A DNA stretch of 64,000 nt from an uncultured Verrucomicrobiae bacterium (GTDB lineage: Bacteria > Verrucomicrobiota > Verrucomicrobiia > Limisphaerales > Palsa-1400), in assembly GCA_963764165.1 (NCBI GenBank), contig CAVXRD010000002.1:1824001-1888000 (forward strand). The letters are read 5' to 3'. Made by a program: the position numbers and the translations under genes. The notes under the pieces were generated by a model, which saw nothing but the letters and a program-made list of their open reading frames with translations, searched no databases and was not told the origin of the DNA. Position 1 is the first letter of the stretch. Each line of letters starts with the position of its first letter. Below, one piece after another: positions 10,199 through 19,027 of this stretch.

Positions 10199-11080
10199 GA
10201 TTCGGTTTAGATGCGTCTGCCCGCCACCAGGCGTCTGGCCTGATTGATTGACACTCTTTGGGGTGTCAACGGGCTTGGGGTAAACCGGCAGCGGGTCGCC
10301 GTAGGGAGGGCGGTAGCCTTCCGGAAAACCATTCGGATAGCGCCGCTTCATTTCCGTCCGCACCTGGAGCGTGACTTCCTCCTCCTCATACCGCATCGCC
10401 GCTCCCGGCCCTTCCCATCGTCTTAGGTCGTTGTTCCAGTTGGCGGCGAAGCGGCCAGTGCCCAGGATTTTATTGATGCGGTCCTCCTGTTCCTCGGGCG
10501 AGCGCTTGCGGTTTTTTTCCGCCTCTTGCCGCAGGCGCTCCTCCAGCATTTTCAGCTTCTCCCGGTCGAGCCGCACCTTCTCGCCGTAATACTCGGCCCG
10601 GCGCAGCAGGCCGTAGGACATCACCAATTGGTGCAGCGACGCCGTTTTGTCCGGCCCGTCGGGCATGGCCCCGCAGCGCTGCATCTCCACGAACAGCCGC
10701 GCGCTCAGCACGACTGCCAGATGCCGGTTGAGATTTTCCGCCGCCGGACCTTCCACCCCGGCGGCGGCCGTGGCCACGGCTTCCACCGCCTCCTGCGTGT
10801 TCCGCTGCTCCAGCCATCCTGCGTAACCGCCTTGCCTCCAGCGCGAGAGGTTGACTTCCGTGATGGGCTGGGAGTCAAAAGATTGCGCCAGCACGCGCTG
10901 CACCTCCGGCAGGCCGTTGAGCCATTCCAGAATGGCGGCAGGCGCTTCCGCCTCCAAAAGCCGCTCGTTCAATTCAGCCCGGATATCGGCGGGCAGGCGC
11001 GCGATCTTGCTGGTGCGGGCGCGGCCTGTCGGCCCGCTGCATTCCTGCCCCGGCTGAACAATCGATGATTCGGTTGTCAT
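10166..11080 (-). CDS. Hypothetical protein with Mu gp27/DUF3486-like N-terminal domain and coiled coil
   Basis: SKIARLPADIRAELNERL...ILEWLN...NLSRWRQGGY; GC-rich codon pattern; stop codon lies inside repeat family E. Confidence 0.65.
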   Translation of the reverse strand: MTTESSIVQPGQECSGPTGRARTSKIARLPADIRAELNERLLEAEAPAAILEWLNGLPEVQRVLAQSFDSQPITEVNLSRWRQGGYAGWLEQRNTQEAVEAVATAAAGVEGPAAENLNRHLAVVLSARLFVEMQRCGAMPDGPDKTASLHQLVMSYGLLRRAEYYGEKVRLDREKLKMLEERLRQEAEKNRKRSPEEQEDRINKILGTGRFAANWNNDLRRWEGPGAAMRYEEEEVTLQVRTEMKRRYPNGFPEGYRPPYGDPLPVYPKPVDTPKSVNQSGQTPGGGQTHLNRIPEGCQIAASG

Positions 11081-11258
11081 ACGCTCAACAAATACCACAG
11101 AACCGTGGAACTGCAAGCATAATTGACAAAAAGATTTTTGAGCTTATTTTTCTTCCTGTGCCCGTGAGGGCGTGTTCTTTGAAATTCAGAAGGCAAGGCA
11201 ACGAAACTCGGGTCGGGGCTTATGGTCGAAAGCGTGTGGTGGGCGCAGGCCGATCGGC

Positions 11259-11441
11259 GGAGCGCGGCTGTGTCGAAGACCAGCCGCAGCCGCGTCGAAA
11301 CCAGTGGCGCGTTGGAAAGATCTCCAGGCTCGCCAGTCGCAGTTCTGAAGTTTTGAGCTGTTTTTCGGAGGTGGTCGCAACAAGAATCGCTGGCGGTTGT
11401 TTGAGAGCGGCTGCGGCTGGTCTTCGACACAGCCGCGCTCC
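11259..11441. repeat. REPIN-like element, family C (35-bp perfect inverted repeat)
   Basis: GGAGCGCGGCTGTGTCGAAGACCAGCCGCAGCCGC at 11259-11293, reverse complement at 11407-11441. Second copy at 60734-60839. Confidence 0.85.
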
Positions 11442-11654
11442 CTTCAAAGCGAATCGGGGCACTCTCACTTGCGCCTCTCCATCCCTTCATTCCTACCCGA
11501 TCCAGGGCCAGGGCATTGCATCCTATTTCACCCTATTGCACCCTTGGTTTTTTCGCGACGAAAACCGGTTCGCCCCGGCGCCCGCCGGCGGCAAATATCC
11601 GCCCCTCTCCCGATTCTTCTGGAACAGCGCCTTTTGCCGGGATAACGTGCCTGC

Positions 11655-12596
11655 GTGAGAGTTTTGCCACGACCGGAGGTCATCCTCACCCACGAAAGCG
11701 ATTTGGATGGTTTGGTGGCCGGAGTGCTTCTGCAACGGCTGGCCAGGCACGTCTTTAGCGCCGACGTCCGTTTGGAAGCCTTCCACTATAATAATTGGCG
11801 GCTGCGCGAGCCCCGGGAAAAATCCGGCTGGGTCTGCGACCTCAGCTTTGAGCCGCGCCTGGATAAGGCGGACTGGGTGGTCATCGATCATCATGCGACC
11901 GAGGCGCAGCCCAAGAATGCGATGTTCATTCACGATCTCGGAAAATCCGCCGGGCTCCTTTGCTACGAATTGTGCAAGGAGCACGGGCTTGGCACGCCGG
12001 AGCTGGATCGCCTCGTGCATTTGAACAACGTGGCCGACTTGTTCCTGGAGAATGACCCGGATTTTACGATCGCCAACGATTACGCGAACCTGGTCAAGAC
12101 TTACAACTTTTGGAATCTGCATTCGTTGATCGACGGCCAGATCGAGAAGCTGCTCGATCATCCGCTGCTCGAAGTCATGGCTGTCAAGAGGAAGATAGAA
12201 GATCCGCTCGGCCTTGCCTGGAGCAAGGCGAACATTCTCGAAATCAGCCCCGCCATTGGCTACGTGGAAACGGTGGTCGGCAATACGAATTTGATCGTGC
12301 ATCAGTTGCTCGATCAGAAGCATTCAAAATATCCGGTGCTGATGACCCTTTTCCGCAAGGCGAACAGCACAGTCGTCGTAAGCCTGCGCAGCAGGAATGG
12401 CGAGGCGTTAAAGGTCGCCGAAAAACTGCAGGGCGGCGGCCATGCCAATGCCGCCGGCGCAACGCTCCCCAAATCGATCAAAAGCGTGGCGGATGCCATC
12501 GAATATCTTCGCTATCTGTTTGACACGACTCCAAAAAAAGACGAGCCGCTCAACAGCCTGGAAGGTTTGTTCGCTGGGTTGGAAGTGAAGCCCTGA
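11655..12596 (+). CDS. DHH/DHHA1 family phosphoesterase (NrnA/NrnB-like)
   Basis: THESDLDG, IDHH and GGGHANAAG motifs. Confidence 0.9.
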   Translation: MRVLPRPEVILTHESDLDGLVAGVLLQRLARHVFSADVRLEAFHYNNWRLREPREKSGWVCDLSFEPRLDKADWVVIDHHATEAQPKNAMFIHDLGKSAGLLCYELCKEHGLGTPELDRLVHLNNVADLFLENDPDFTIANDYANLVKTYNFWNLHSLIDGQIEKLLDHPLLEVMAVKRKIEDPLGLAWSKANILEISPAIGYVETVVGNTNLIVHQLLDQKHSKYPVLMTLFRKANSTVVVSLRSRNGEALKVAEKLQGGGHANAAGATLPKSIKSVADAIEYLRYLFDTTPKKDEPLNSLEGLFAGLEVKP

Positions 12597-12600
12597 CTTA

Positions 12601-12852
12601 GGTAGGGACGCCTCGCCATAAGAGTTAACTTAGAAGCCGGCATCGCACGCGAATATTCTCTTTTTTCCCTCGCCCCGCCTGCGGGGAGAGGGTTAGGGAG
12701 GGCCGAGGCCGCAGAATCAGTGACACGCAACCAAACACGATGGGGTGGAAGATTTAATGAGATCCCCACTCTCCGGATCTCTCCCCGCAGGCGGGGCGAG
12801 AGGGTAAGAGGCTGATTCGCAAGGTCAAGACTTATGCCGAGGCGCCCCTACC
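12601..12852. repeat. Nested REP element: family D outer arms enclosing family B arms
   Basis: GGTAGGGACGCCTCGCCATAAG (12601-12622) vs CTTATGCCGAGGCGCCCCTACC (12831-12852), 2 mismatches; inner CCCTCGCCCC/GGGGAGAGGG hairpins. Confidence 0.75.
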
Positions 12853-12980
12853 GCGCTTCGCGCGCATCCGTCACTCAATCTTCAAACAATACCGCTGGAA
12901 AAAAACGGGAACTCGTGAAAGATTGACCACTTGGATTCGCTGGCGAAAATGTTTGAATCCGCTGAAATTCAGCGACTTGT

Positions 12981-15539
12981 GTGAATGTGAATATGCGCGC
13001 TTTTATTTGTCTTTGTTATCTTTCGGTGGTCGCGGCCTGTCTCGGTCAAAAGGCTGAGGTGGCCGCAAAACTTCCGGGCTTGCAGCCAGATGGTTCGGTG
13101 CTGCTCCATAATCAATGGTCGGTGAAGCCTGCGGGCCGGCAGATTGATTTGAGCAATTGTTTTCCCGTGAACCTCGCCATCGAACCGAAAGGCCGGTTCG
13201 CGGCAGTGCTGCTGGCCGGATACACCGCGCATGAAGTGATCGGCGTTGATTTGAGCACCGGCGTGGTAACAAGCCGCGCGCCCCTGAAGCAGACTTTTTA
13301 CGGGCTCACGCTTTCCCGCGACGGGCACACGCTTTATTGCAGCGGCGCCGGAGAGGAAACGGTGCATCGCTTTTCGTTCGCGGAGGGCGTGATTACGAAT
13401 GGCGCGGAAATAAGAATACATGACAAGAAATTGCGCGGCGTTCCGTCCGGCCTCGCGCTGGACCGGGCGGAGAAAAAATTATTCGTGGCCAATGTCATGG
13501 GCGACGAGGTCTCAGAAGTGATGCTTGGCGCGGAGCATGTCGTAACCGACATCAGCGTAGGAACGCAGCCCGCGCAACTGTCGGAATCGCCAGTAAAGCC
13601 TTCGGCGGATTTTGAAACCGAAGCGGCCGACAAACGGGCCGAAGCCGCCCTCTTCGGCAACGATCCGAACCACAGCTATCCCTACGCATGCTGCCTGGAC
13701 GACAAGCATCACCGCCTCTACGTGAGCCTTTGGGCGCAAGCCGCCGTCAGCGTGGTTGATTCCGAGTCCGGCAAAGTTTTGGGCCGCTGGCAAACGGAGG
13801 AGCACCCATGCGAAATGGCGCTGACCCGCAATGGAAAACTGTTGTATGTCGCCAACGCCAATCGAAACACCGTCACGGTCATCGACACTGCCAATGGGAA
13901 AACATTGGAAACGATTTGGGCCGCGTTTTTCCCGAATGCGCCGGAGGGTTCAACGCCCAACAGCCTTGCATTGTCACCGGACGAAAAGACGTTGTATGTC
14001 GCCAACGCCAATGTAAATGCCGTTGCGGTTTTTGATGTCAGCAGCCGCAGGCACAGCACCTCGGCGGGATTTATCCCGGTGGGATGGTATCCAACTTCTG
14101 TGCGCGTGACACCGGACGGAAAGCATCTGGTCGTTGCGAACGGCAAAGGGGCTGCGCCGCATTCCAACATTCCGAGCCCGAGCTCCAAGGGCTACATCGG
14201 CACATTGTATCATGGCACGCTGAGCATGATTGATTTGCCCGATGGCGCGAATCGGGAGGCGCAGATGGCCCGCTGGACGCGGACAGCCTTCGCCTGCACG
14301 CCGCTCAAGGCCGAGAACGTGATCGCCGCCGCACCTTCGCCCGGGAACCCAATTCCCGCAAAACTCGGTGATCCAAGTCCAATTAAATATGTCATATATA
14401 TTATCAAGGAGAACCGCACTTACGACCAGGTTCTTGGCGACATCAAATCGGGCAACGGCGACGAGAAAATTTGCCTCTTCCCCGAGAAGGTCACGCCGAA
14501 CCATCACAAGCTGACGCGCGATTACGTTTTGCTGGACAATTTTTACGCGGAGTCGGAAGTCAGCGCCAGCGGCCATGAATGGAGCATGGGCGCTTATTGC
14601 AATGACTTCGTCGAGAAAACCTGGCCGCAAAATTACGGGCACAATCGCGATGGCAAATTTCCGTATCCGGCGGAAGGCTCGTTTCCCATTGCTTCGCCCT
14701 CGGCGGGATACTTGTGGGATCGCGCACGGGAGGCGGGTGTCAGCTATATCAGCTACGGCGAATTCATCACCACCTCCCAAGCGGCGAGCAAGCCGGGCAA
14801 AGCTCGTGTCAAATCCCTGGAAGGCCACTTCGATCCGATGTATCGCGGCTTCGATTTGGGCTTCAGCGACCTTGCGCGGGCCGACCGATTCATTTCCGAA
14901 TACAAACGATTGGGGGCCGCCGGCCAGATGCCGCGATTGCAAATCGTCCGCCTGCCCAATGATCACACGCACGGCGCGACAGTTAACTTCCCGATCCCGT
15001 CCGCCTACGTGGCGCAAAATGATTTGGCGCTGGGCCGAATCGTCGAAGCGGTGAGCCAATCAAAATTCTGGCCCCAGACGGCGATTTTCATTGTCGAAGA
15101 CGACGCGCAGAACGGTTCGGACCACGTCGACGCCCACCGGACGGTGGCCATGATCGCCAGCCCTTACGCCAGGCACGGAGTGACGGATTCGACGATGTAT
15201 TCCACCACCAGCATGCTGCGCACGATGGAATTGATTCTCGGATTGAAGCCCATGTCGCAATTCGACGCGGCCGCGCGCCCGATGTATGAATCGTTTCAAG
15301 CCGAGCCGGATTTGCGCCCTTACGAACCGTTGCCGGCGCAAATAAACATCGAGGAAAAAACCCGCCCCGCCGCATACGGATCGAACGTCAAAATGAATTT
15401 CGCGGTGGAAGACGCCGCCGATGATTACCTGCTAAACGAGATCATATGGAAATCCGTCCGGGGCGCGGATTCAGCGATGCCCGCCCCCATTCGCGCCGCC
15501 TTCTTCGTTGGCCACAAAGCCGACAAGGACGATGATTAG
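12981..15539 (+). CDS. YVTN/YncE beta-propeller fused to alkaline-phosphatase-superfamily phosphoesterase
   Basis: LYVANANRNTVTVID repeats; IIKENRTYDQ, LPNDHT, EDDAQNGSDHVDAHR. Confidence 0.9.
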   Translation: MNVNMRAFICLCYLSVVAACLGQKAEVAAKLPGLQPDGSVLLHNQWSVKPAGRQIDLSNCFPVNLAIEPKGRFAAVLLAGYTAHEVIGVDLSTGVVTSRAPLKQTFYGLTLSRDGHTLYCSGAGEETVHRFSFAEGVITNGAEIRIHDKKLRGVPSGLALDRAEKKLFVANVMGDEVSEVMLGAEHVVTDISVGTQPAQLSESPVKPSADFETEAADKRAEAALFGNDPNHSYPYACCLDDKHHRLYVSLWAQAAVSVVDSESGKVLGRWQTEEHPCEMALTRNGKLLYVANANRNTVTVIDTANGKTLETIWAAFFPNAPEGSTPNSLALSPDEKTLYVANANVNAVAVFDVSSRRHSTSAGFIPVGWYPTSVRVTPDGKHLVVANGKGAAPHSNIPSPSSKGYIGTLYHGTLSMIDLPDGANREAQMARWTRTAFACTPLKAENVIAAAPSPGNPIPAKLGDPSPIKYVIYIIKENRTYDQVLGDIKSGNGDEKICLFPEKVTPNHHKLTRDYVLLDNFYAESEVSASGHEWSMGAYCNDFVEKTWPQNYGHNRDGKFPYPAEGSFPIASPSAGYLWDRAREAGVSYISYGEFITTSQAASKPGKARVKSLEGHFDPMYRGFDLGFSDLARADRFISEYKRLGAAGQMPRLQIVRLPNDHTHGATVNFPIPSAYVAQNDLALGRIVEAVSQSKFWPQTAIFIVEDDAQNGSDHVDAHRTVAMIASPYARHGVTDSTMYSTTSMLRTMELILGLKPMSQFDAAARPMYESFQAEPDLRPYEPLPAQINIEEKTRPAAYGSNVKMNFAVEDAADDYLLNEIIWKSVRGADSAMPAPIRAAFFVGHKADKDDD

Positions 15540-15549
15540 CGCCCCGGCA

Positions 15550-16443
15550 TTAAAGCGGCAGCGCGCTAATTTCCACTTTCAAAGCGCCGCTTTTTCCAGC
15601 GGGGAGTGTGACACGGTTTTCCGCCACGTTGCCGGATTCCACACAAACCATCTGCCGATATTCCTCGTCGCCGAAGTCCGGCATTTGGCCGGCCTTTTCC
15701 GCCCACGGATTCCACAGGACGGTGGACAAGCTGCCGGATTTTTGGATGCGGATGCGGCGGTTTAATTTTGAATCGTGAATTTCCACCGCTCCCTCCGTGT
15801 TCAAATAAACGCGGTCGGTTTCCTGGGTGATTTTGAGATGGTCGGCGCGCTCGGTTTTGCGGCTGAAATGGTCAGTCTTATCGAGGTAATCGAAACCCTT
15901 CAATCCCGTGATCGACGTCGCATCAATATCGCCCACATGAAAATAACTGTGCAGGCAATTTTCAAAGGTAAAATCGCCCCCATCGGATTCGTTGGCTATG
16001 ACCAATTGCACGGCCAATGTCTTGCCGACAGTGATCCAATAATCAGCGGTGAACTTCGGAAAAAGCGCCGCGGAAGGAGAATCCGGCAGCCGCAGCCGAA
16101 GAACGACCTCGCCGGTGACCGATTGCGAAACCTCCTTCAACTCCCAAGTCTGGGTGCGGGCAAAGCCATGCGCCGCCTCGCCCTCGCGCGGGCCGAACCA
16201 TGGAAAAATGACCGGAATGCCGCCACGGATCGCCACGCCGTCACTGAAACGGCTCAATTGGCTCATGAACAGAATCGGCGGCTGCTCTTTGAGTTGGAAA
16301 TTGGTGATGTGCGCGCCGTGGAGATAAATTTCCGCGGTGCTCCATTGGGTGTTGATTTCCAATTTGGAAAGGTCGCCGTTGCCTTCCGAAAAAAGGACCC
16401 GGCCAGGAATCTCAAGCGTCTTCCGCCATTGGCTCGTAGACAT
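15550..16443 (-). CDS. D-hexose-6-phosphate mutarotase (aldose 1-epimerase family, YeaD-like)
   Basis: AIRGGIPVIFPWFG, HGFAR, LHSYF, WNPW, MVCVESGN. Start placed at ATG 16443. Confidence 0.92.
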   Translation of the reverse strand: MSTSQWRKTLEIPGRVLFSEGNGDLSKLEINTQWSTAEIYLHGAHITNFQLKEQPPILFMSQLSRFSDGVAIRGGIPVIFPWFGPREGEAAHGFARTQTWELKEVSQSVTGEVVLRLRLPDSPSAALFPKFTADYWITVGKTLAVQLVIANESDGGDFTFENCLHSYFHVGDIDATSITGLKGFDYLDKTDHFSRKTERADHLKITQETDRVYLNTEGAVEIHDSKLNRRIRIQKSGSLSTVLWNPWAEKAGQMPDFGDEEYRQMVCVESGNVAENRVTLPAGKSGALKVEISALPL

Positions 16444-16521
16444 AACTTCAGTAATTAGACAAAGCCTAGACCCAATCGGCGCGGATGAAAGCAGAAAACT
16501 CGAAATTATCCCCCGGCAAAT

Positions 16522-16605
16522 TGGTGCGCGAGAGAGGACTTGAACCTCCACCCCTTGCGGGACCAGATCCTAAGTCTGGCGTGTCTGCCATTTCACCACT
16601 CGCGC
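16522..16605 (-). tRNA. tRNA-Leu (anticodon TAG)
   Basis: GCGCGAGTGGTGAAATGGCAGACACGCCAGAC-TTAGGA-TCTGG...GGTTCAAGTCC...CGCGCACCA; long variable arm; encoded CCA. Confidence 0.97.
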
Positions 16606-16729
16606 GTTTTGGCCCCGCAAGATACCAGAAAGACATGAATGGCCGCAAGCGGTCGATTTGCGGGGTAGTGCCTTAATAAGGCACCTGGAGTTTGGCTCCC
16701 CGCTAGTTATGTGACTAGTTTGAAGCATT

Positions 16730-17262
16730 ATGGGTTATCCAACTAAAGTTCAGATCATTCAGGGCAAGGAAAGCCAGCAGTGGTACATCAACTTTCCCGC
16801 TGCCATCGCCCAAGGCGTGGATTTTGCCAAGGGCAAAGACGCGCAATGTACCATCGCCGACAAATGCCACCTCATCCTCTCCCGCGTCCAGGTGCCCCCC
16901 CAATCCCATTGATCTAAAAAACGCTTCCCTCCTGGAGGAAGTCGAATTTGTGATCGACCAAATGCGCCCCCGCCTTCGCCTCGCCGGAGCCTGGGCCAGG
17001 GGACGGCGCCATTGCTTTTCCCATTTGGTCGGCTTTGGCCGGCATACCGTCACCGGCCTCTTGCGCCAGTCAGAACCGCACCAAGCGGGACTGGTCGGCC
17101 GACAACCGCTTTTACGCCCAGGACCGCCTCAAGGTGGAGAAGATATTCGGCCAGATGCGGGCCGAAATCGAAAAGTGCGGCGGAGCCGAGCAGCCGCTGG
17201 TGGTGGCGATGGATGACTCGCTCCTCCGCAAAACCTGCCGCCGCATTTCGCGCTGCGGCTGG
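16730..17262 (+). pseudogene. Degraded IS remnant: small ORF plus frameshifted N-terminal DDE transposase fragment (IS701/IS4-like)
   Basis: MGYPTKVQII..QQWYINFP small ORF; fragments FGRHTVTGLL, DWSADNRFY and LVVAMDDSLLRKT spread over different frames; truncated after the first catalytic Asp. Confidence 0.7.
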
Positions 17263-17402
17263 TTCTCTGTCGCTTCGCTCCGTCGAACACAGCCACGCTC
17301 CGTATCTTTGCCTGGCGCACTCACTTCTAATCGCATCCATTGCGGACACTGCGTCCCGAAAACGATTGCGCATCGCAGTGATTTTGACCACATTAGCGTC
17401 GC

Positions 17403-17445
17403 GGTTGGAGAGATGGCAGAGTGGTTTAACGCGCACGCCTGGAAA
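17403..17445 (+). repeat. att site (left): duplicated 5' half of tRNA-Ser
   Basis: GGTTGGAGAGATGGCAGAGTGGTTTAACGCGCACGCCTGGAAA, identical to 38188-38230, ends at the anticodon loop. Confidence 0.95.
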
Positions 17446-17566
17446 ATGTAAAATGGGTTTTACCCCATTTGCCCTCAAACGGAACCACTGGGATTTACGA
17501 GGGAGATTGCCAATTCTCTCAGTTGCGGTCGCATCCCCATTTGACCCCAAAAAGACGCAATATCAG

Positions 17567-17596
17567 GCAAACAGTATCAGATTGCAGTATCAGATT
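17567..17596 (+). promoter_or_regulatory. Putative integrase arm-type binding sites (tandem CAGTATCAGATT)
   Basis: 27/30 identity with 38110-38139 at the other end of the element. Confidence 0.7.
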
Positions 17597-17714
17597 TGGC
17601 CTATGCAGAATTGTGTGCATTTCATGGACCCGGGTCTGGTTTCCACGTTTGGCCTCGCCGGTTTCGATCAATCCAAAACGTGTTTCTTCTTTCGCGTGTG
17701 TTAATCTCGGGTTG

Positions 17715-18389
17715 GTGATTAATCGGACGTCATCGCTGCCAGTCGAGTTGGGAAAGGACTCCGCATTTCCTGACCCAAGAAAGGCTGATGCGCGAGGTTT
17801 GGTAGCCGTGGGTGGAGATCTGACATTGGATCGCTTGCTCACGGCTTATCGACAGAGCATCTTCCCTTGGACCGTTAATCCGATAACTTGGTGGTCGCCA
17901 GACCCGAGAGGCATAATCGAATTGGATTCCGTGCATGTGCCGAAGAGCCTGGCCAAACTCATTCGTAAGCAAACCTTTGAAGTCACGATTGACCAGGCAT
18001 TCCCCGCCGTGATGAAAGATTGCGCAACGTTAACCCCGAAGCGGACCAAATCTTGGATCACTCCAGAATTCTTGAAGGCGTATACTCAACTGCATCACGA
18101 AGGTCATGCCCACAGCGTCGAATGCTGGAGGAGGGGAGAACTTGTTGGCGGTGTTTATGGAGTGAGCGTCGGTGGCCTGTTTGCTGGAGAATCCATGTTT
18201 CACCGCGTGAACAATTCATCGAAGGTTGTGCTTCTTCATCTGGTTGAGCATCTCCGATCCCGCCAATTCTCGCTCTTCGACATTCAAATGGTGACGCCAG
18301 TGACCCTGCAAGTTGGAGCGAATGACATTTCACGCAGTGAGTATTTGAAACGGTTGGAAGTGGCGGTGGGACAGAATTGTTCATTTTGA
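17715..18389 (+). CDS. aat: Leucyl/phenylalanyl-tRNA--protein transferase
   Basis: FPDP..GLVAVGGDL...WWSPDPRG...AHSVECW..LVGGVYGV..FAGESMF..SKV..DIQ. Start (GTG 17715) is approximate. Confidence 0.92.
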   Translation: MINRTSSLPVELGKDSAFPDPRKADARGLVAVGGDLTLDRLLTAYRQSIFPWTVNPITWWSPDPRGIIELDSVHVPKSLAKLIRKQTFEVTIDQAFPAVMKDCATLTPKRTKSWITPEFLKAYTQLHHEGHAHSVECWRRGELVGGVYGVSVGGLFAGESMFHRVNNSSKVVLLHLVEHLRSRQFSLFDIQMVTPVTLQVGANDISRSEYLKRLEVAVGQNCSF

Positions 18390-18433
18390 GGTTGGTTCAA
18401 TTGACTCTTGCCATCATGGCCTAGCGATATTTC

Positions 18434-19024
18434 TCACGCTCTCCATCGTTCCGCTCCTCTTTGAATCGCGGTCACCTCCACTGCCTCGGCCAAGTGCTGA
18501 AACGCAAAATTCTGCCGATTGCCAGGCTCCGTCCTCTTTCCAGTGAAGCCCATCAACTCATGATCGAACCGGCGCTCATATCGCTGCCGAACTCGCTCCC
18601 AGTAAAAAACAATCGCGTCCTTCCGTTGAAATAAAAACCCACGCTCCGGCAGTCGGTCACTCTTTTTTCCGTTCACTTGAAGATCGCACGGAAGCAGATT
18701 CCATAGATCGTTGCAGTGCCAGAGTGTGAACGGGATTACATGGTCCACAGCGTAAACAGGCTTCAGTGCTTTGTCCGACCAAACACACCGCTTCTCAACC
18801 AACCCGTCAAACACATCCTTCGCTGCGCCCACACTCCGTTGTTCAGTTGGTTTCACGACCAGCAGATTGAGCGCTTCAGCTACTGTAACGCGCTCTCCAG
18901 ACATTCGATTTGTCTCCTCAGCCCACCTCAATACCACCGAAGGTTCAATCCAATGTCCGAGATGGCAAAACTCACGCCAAGCTCCTGCATCCACCACCAC
19001 TTTCCCTTTATCATATCGAAACAT
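18434..19024 (-). pseudogene. C-terminal HNH endonuclease fragment (5' truncated)
   Basis: CVWS...VDHVIPF...NDLWNLLP...NGKKSDR; begins mid-protein at the junction with the opposite-strand fragment. Confidence 0.75.
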
Positions 19025-19027
19025 TTT

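Noticed and set aside
16444..16551. N-terminal extension of the mutarotase ORF
   Set aside because: Runs into tRNA-Leu; the ATG at 16443 gives a normal-length protein.
18716..19024. First ~100 aa of the 509-aa plus-strand ORF as a true overlapping gene
   Set aside because: It is the antisense of the HNH fragment; Ig-like sequence starts only at ~19028.
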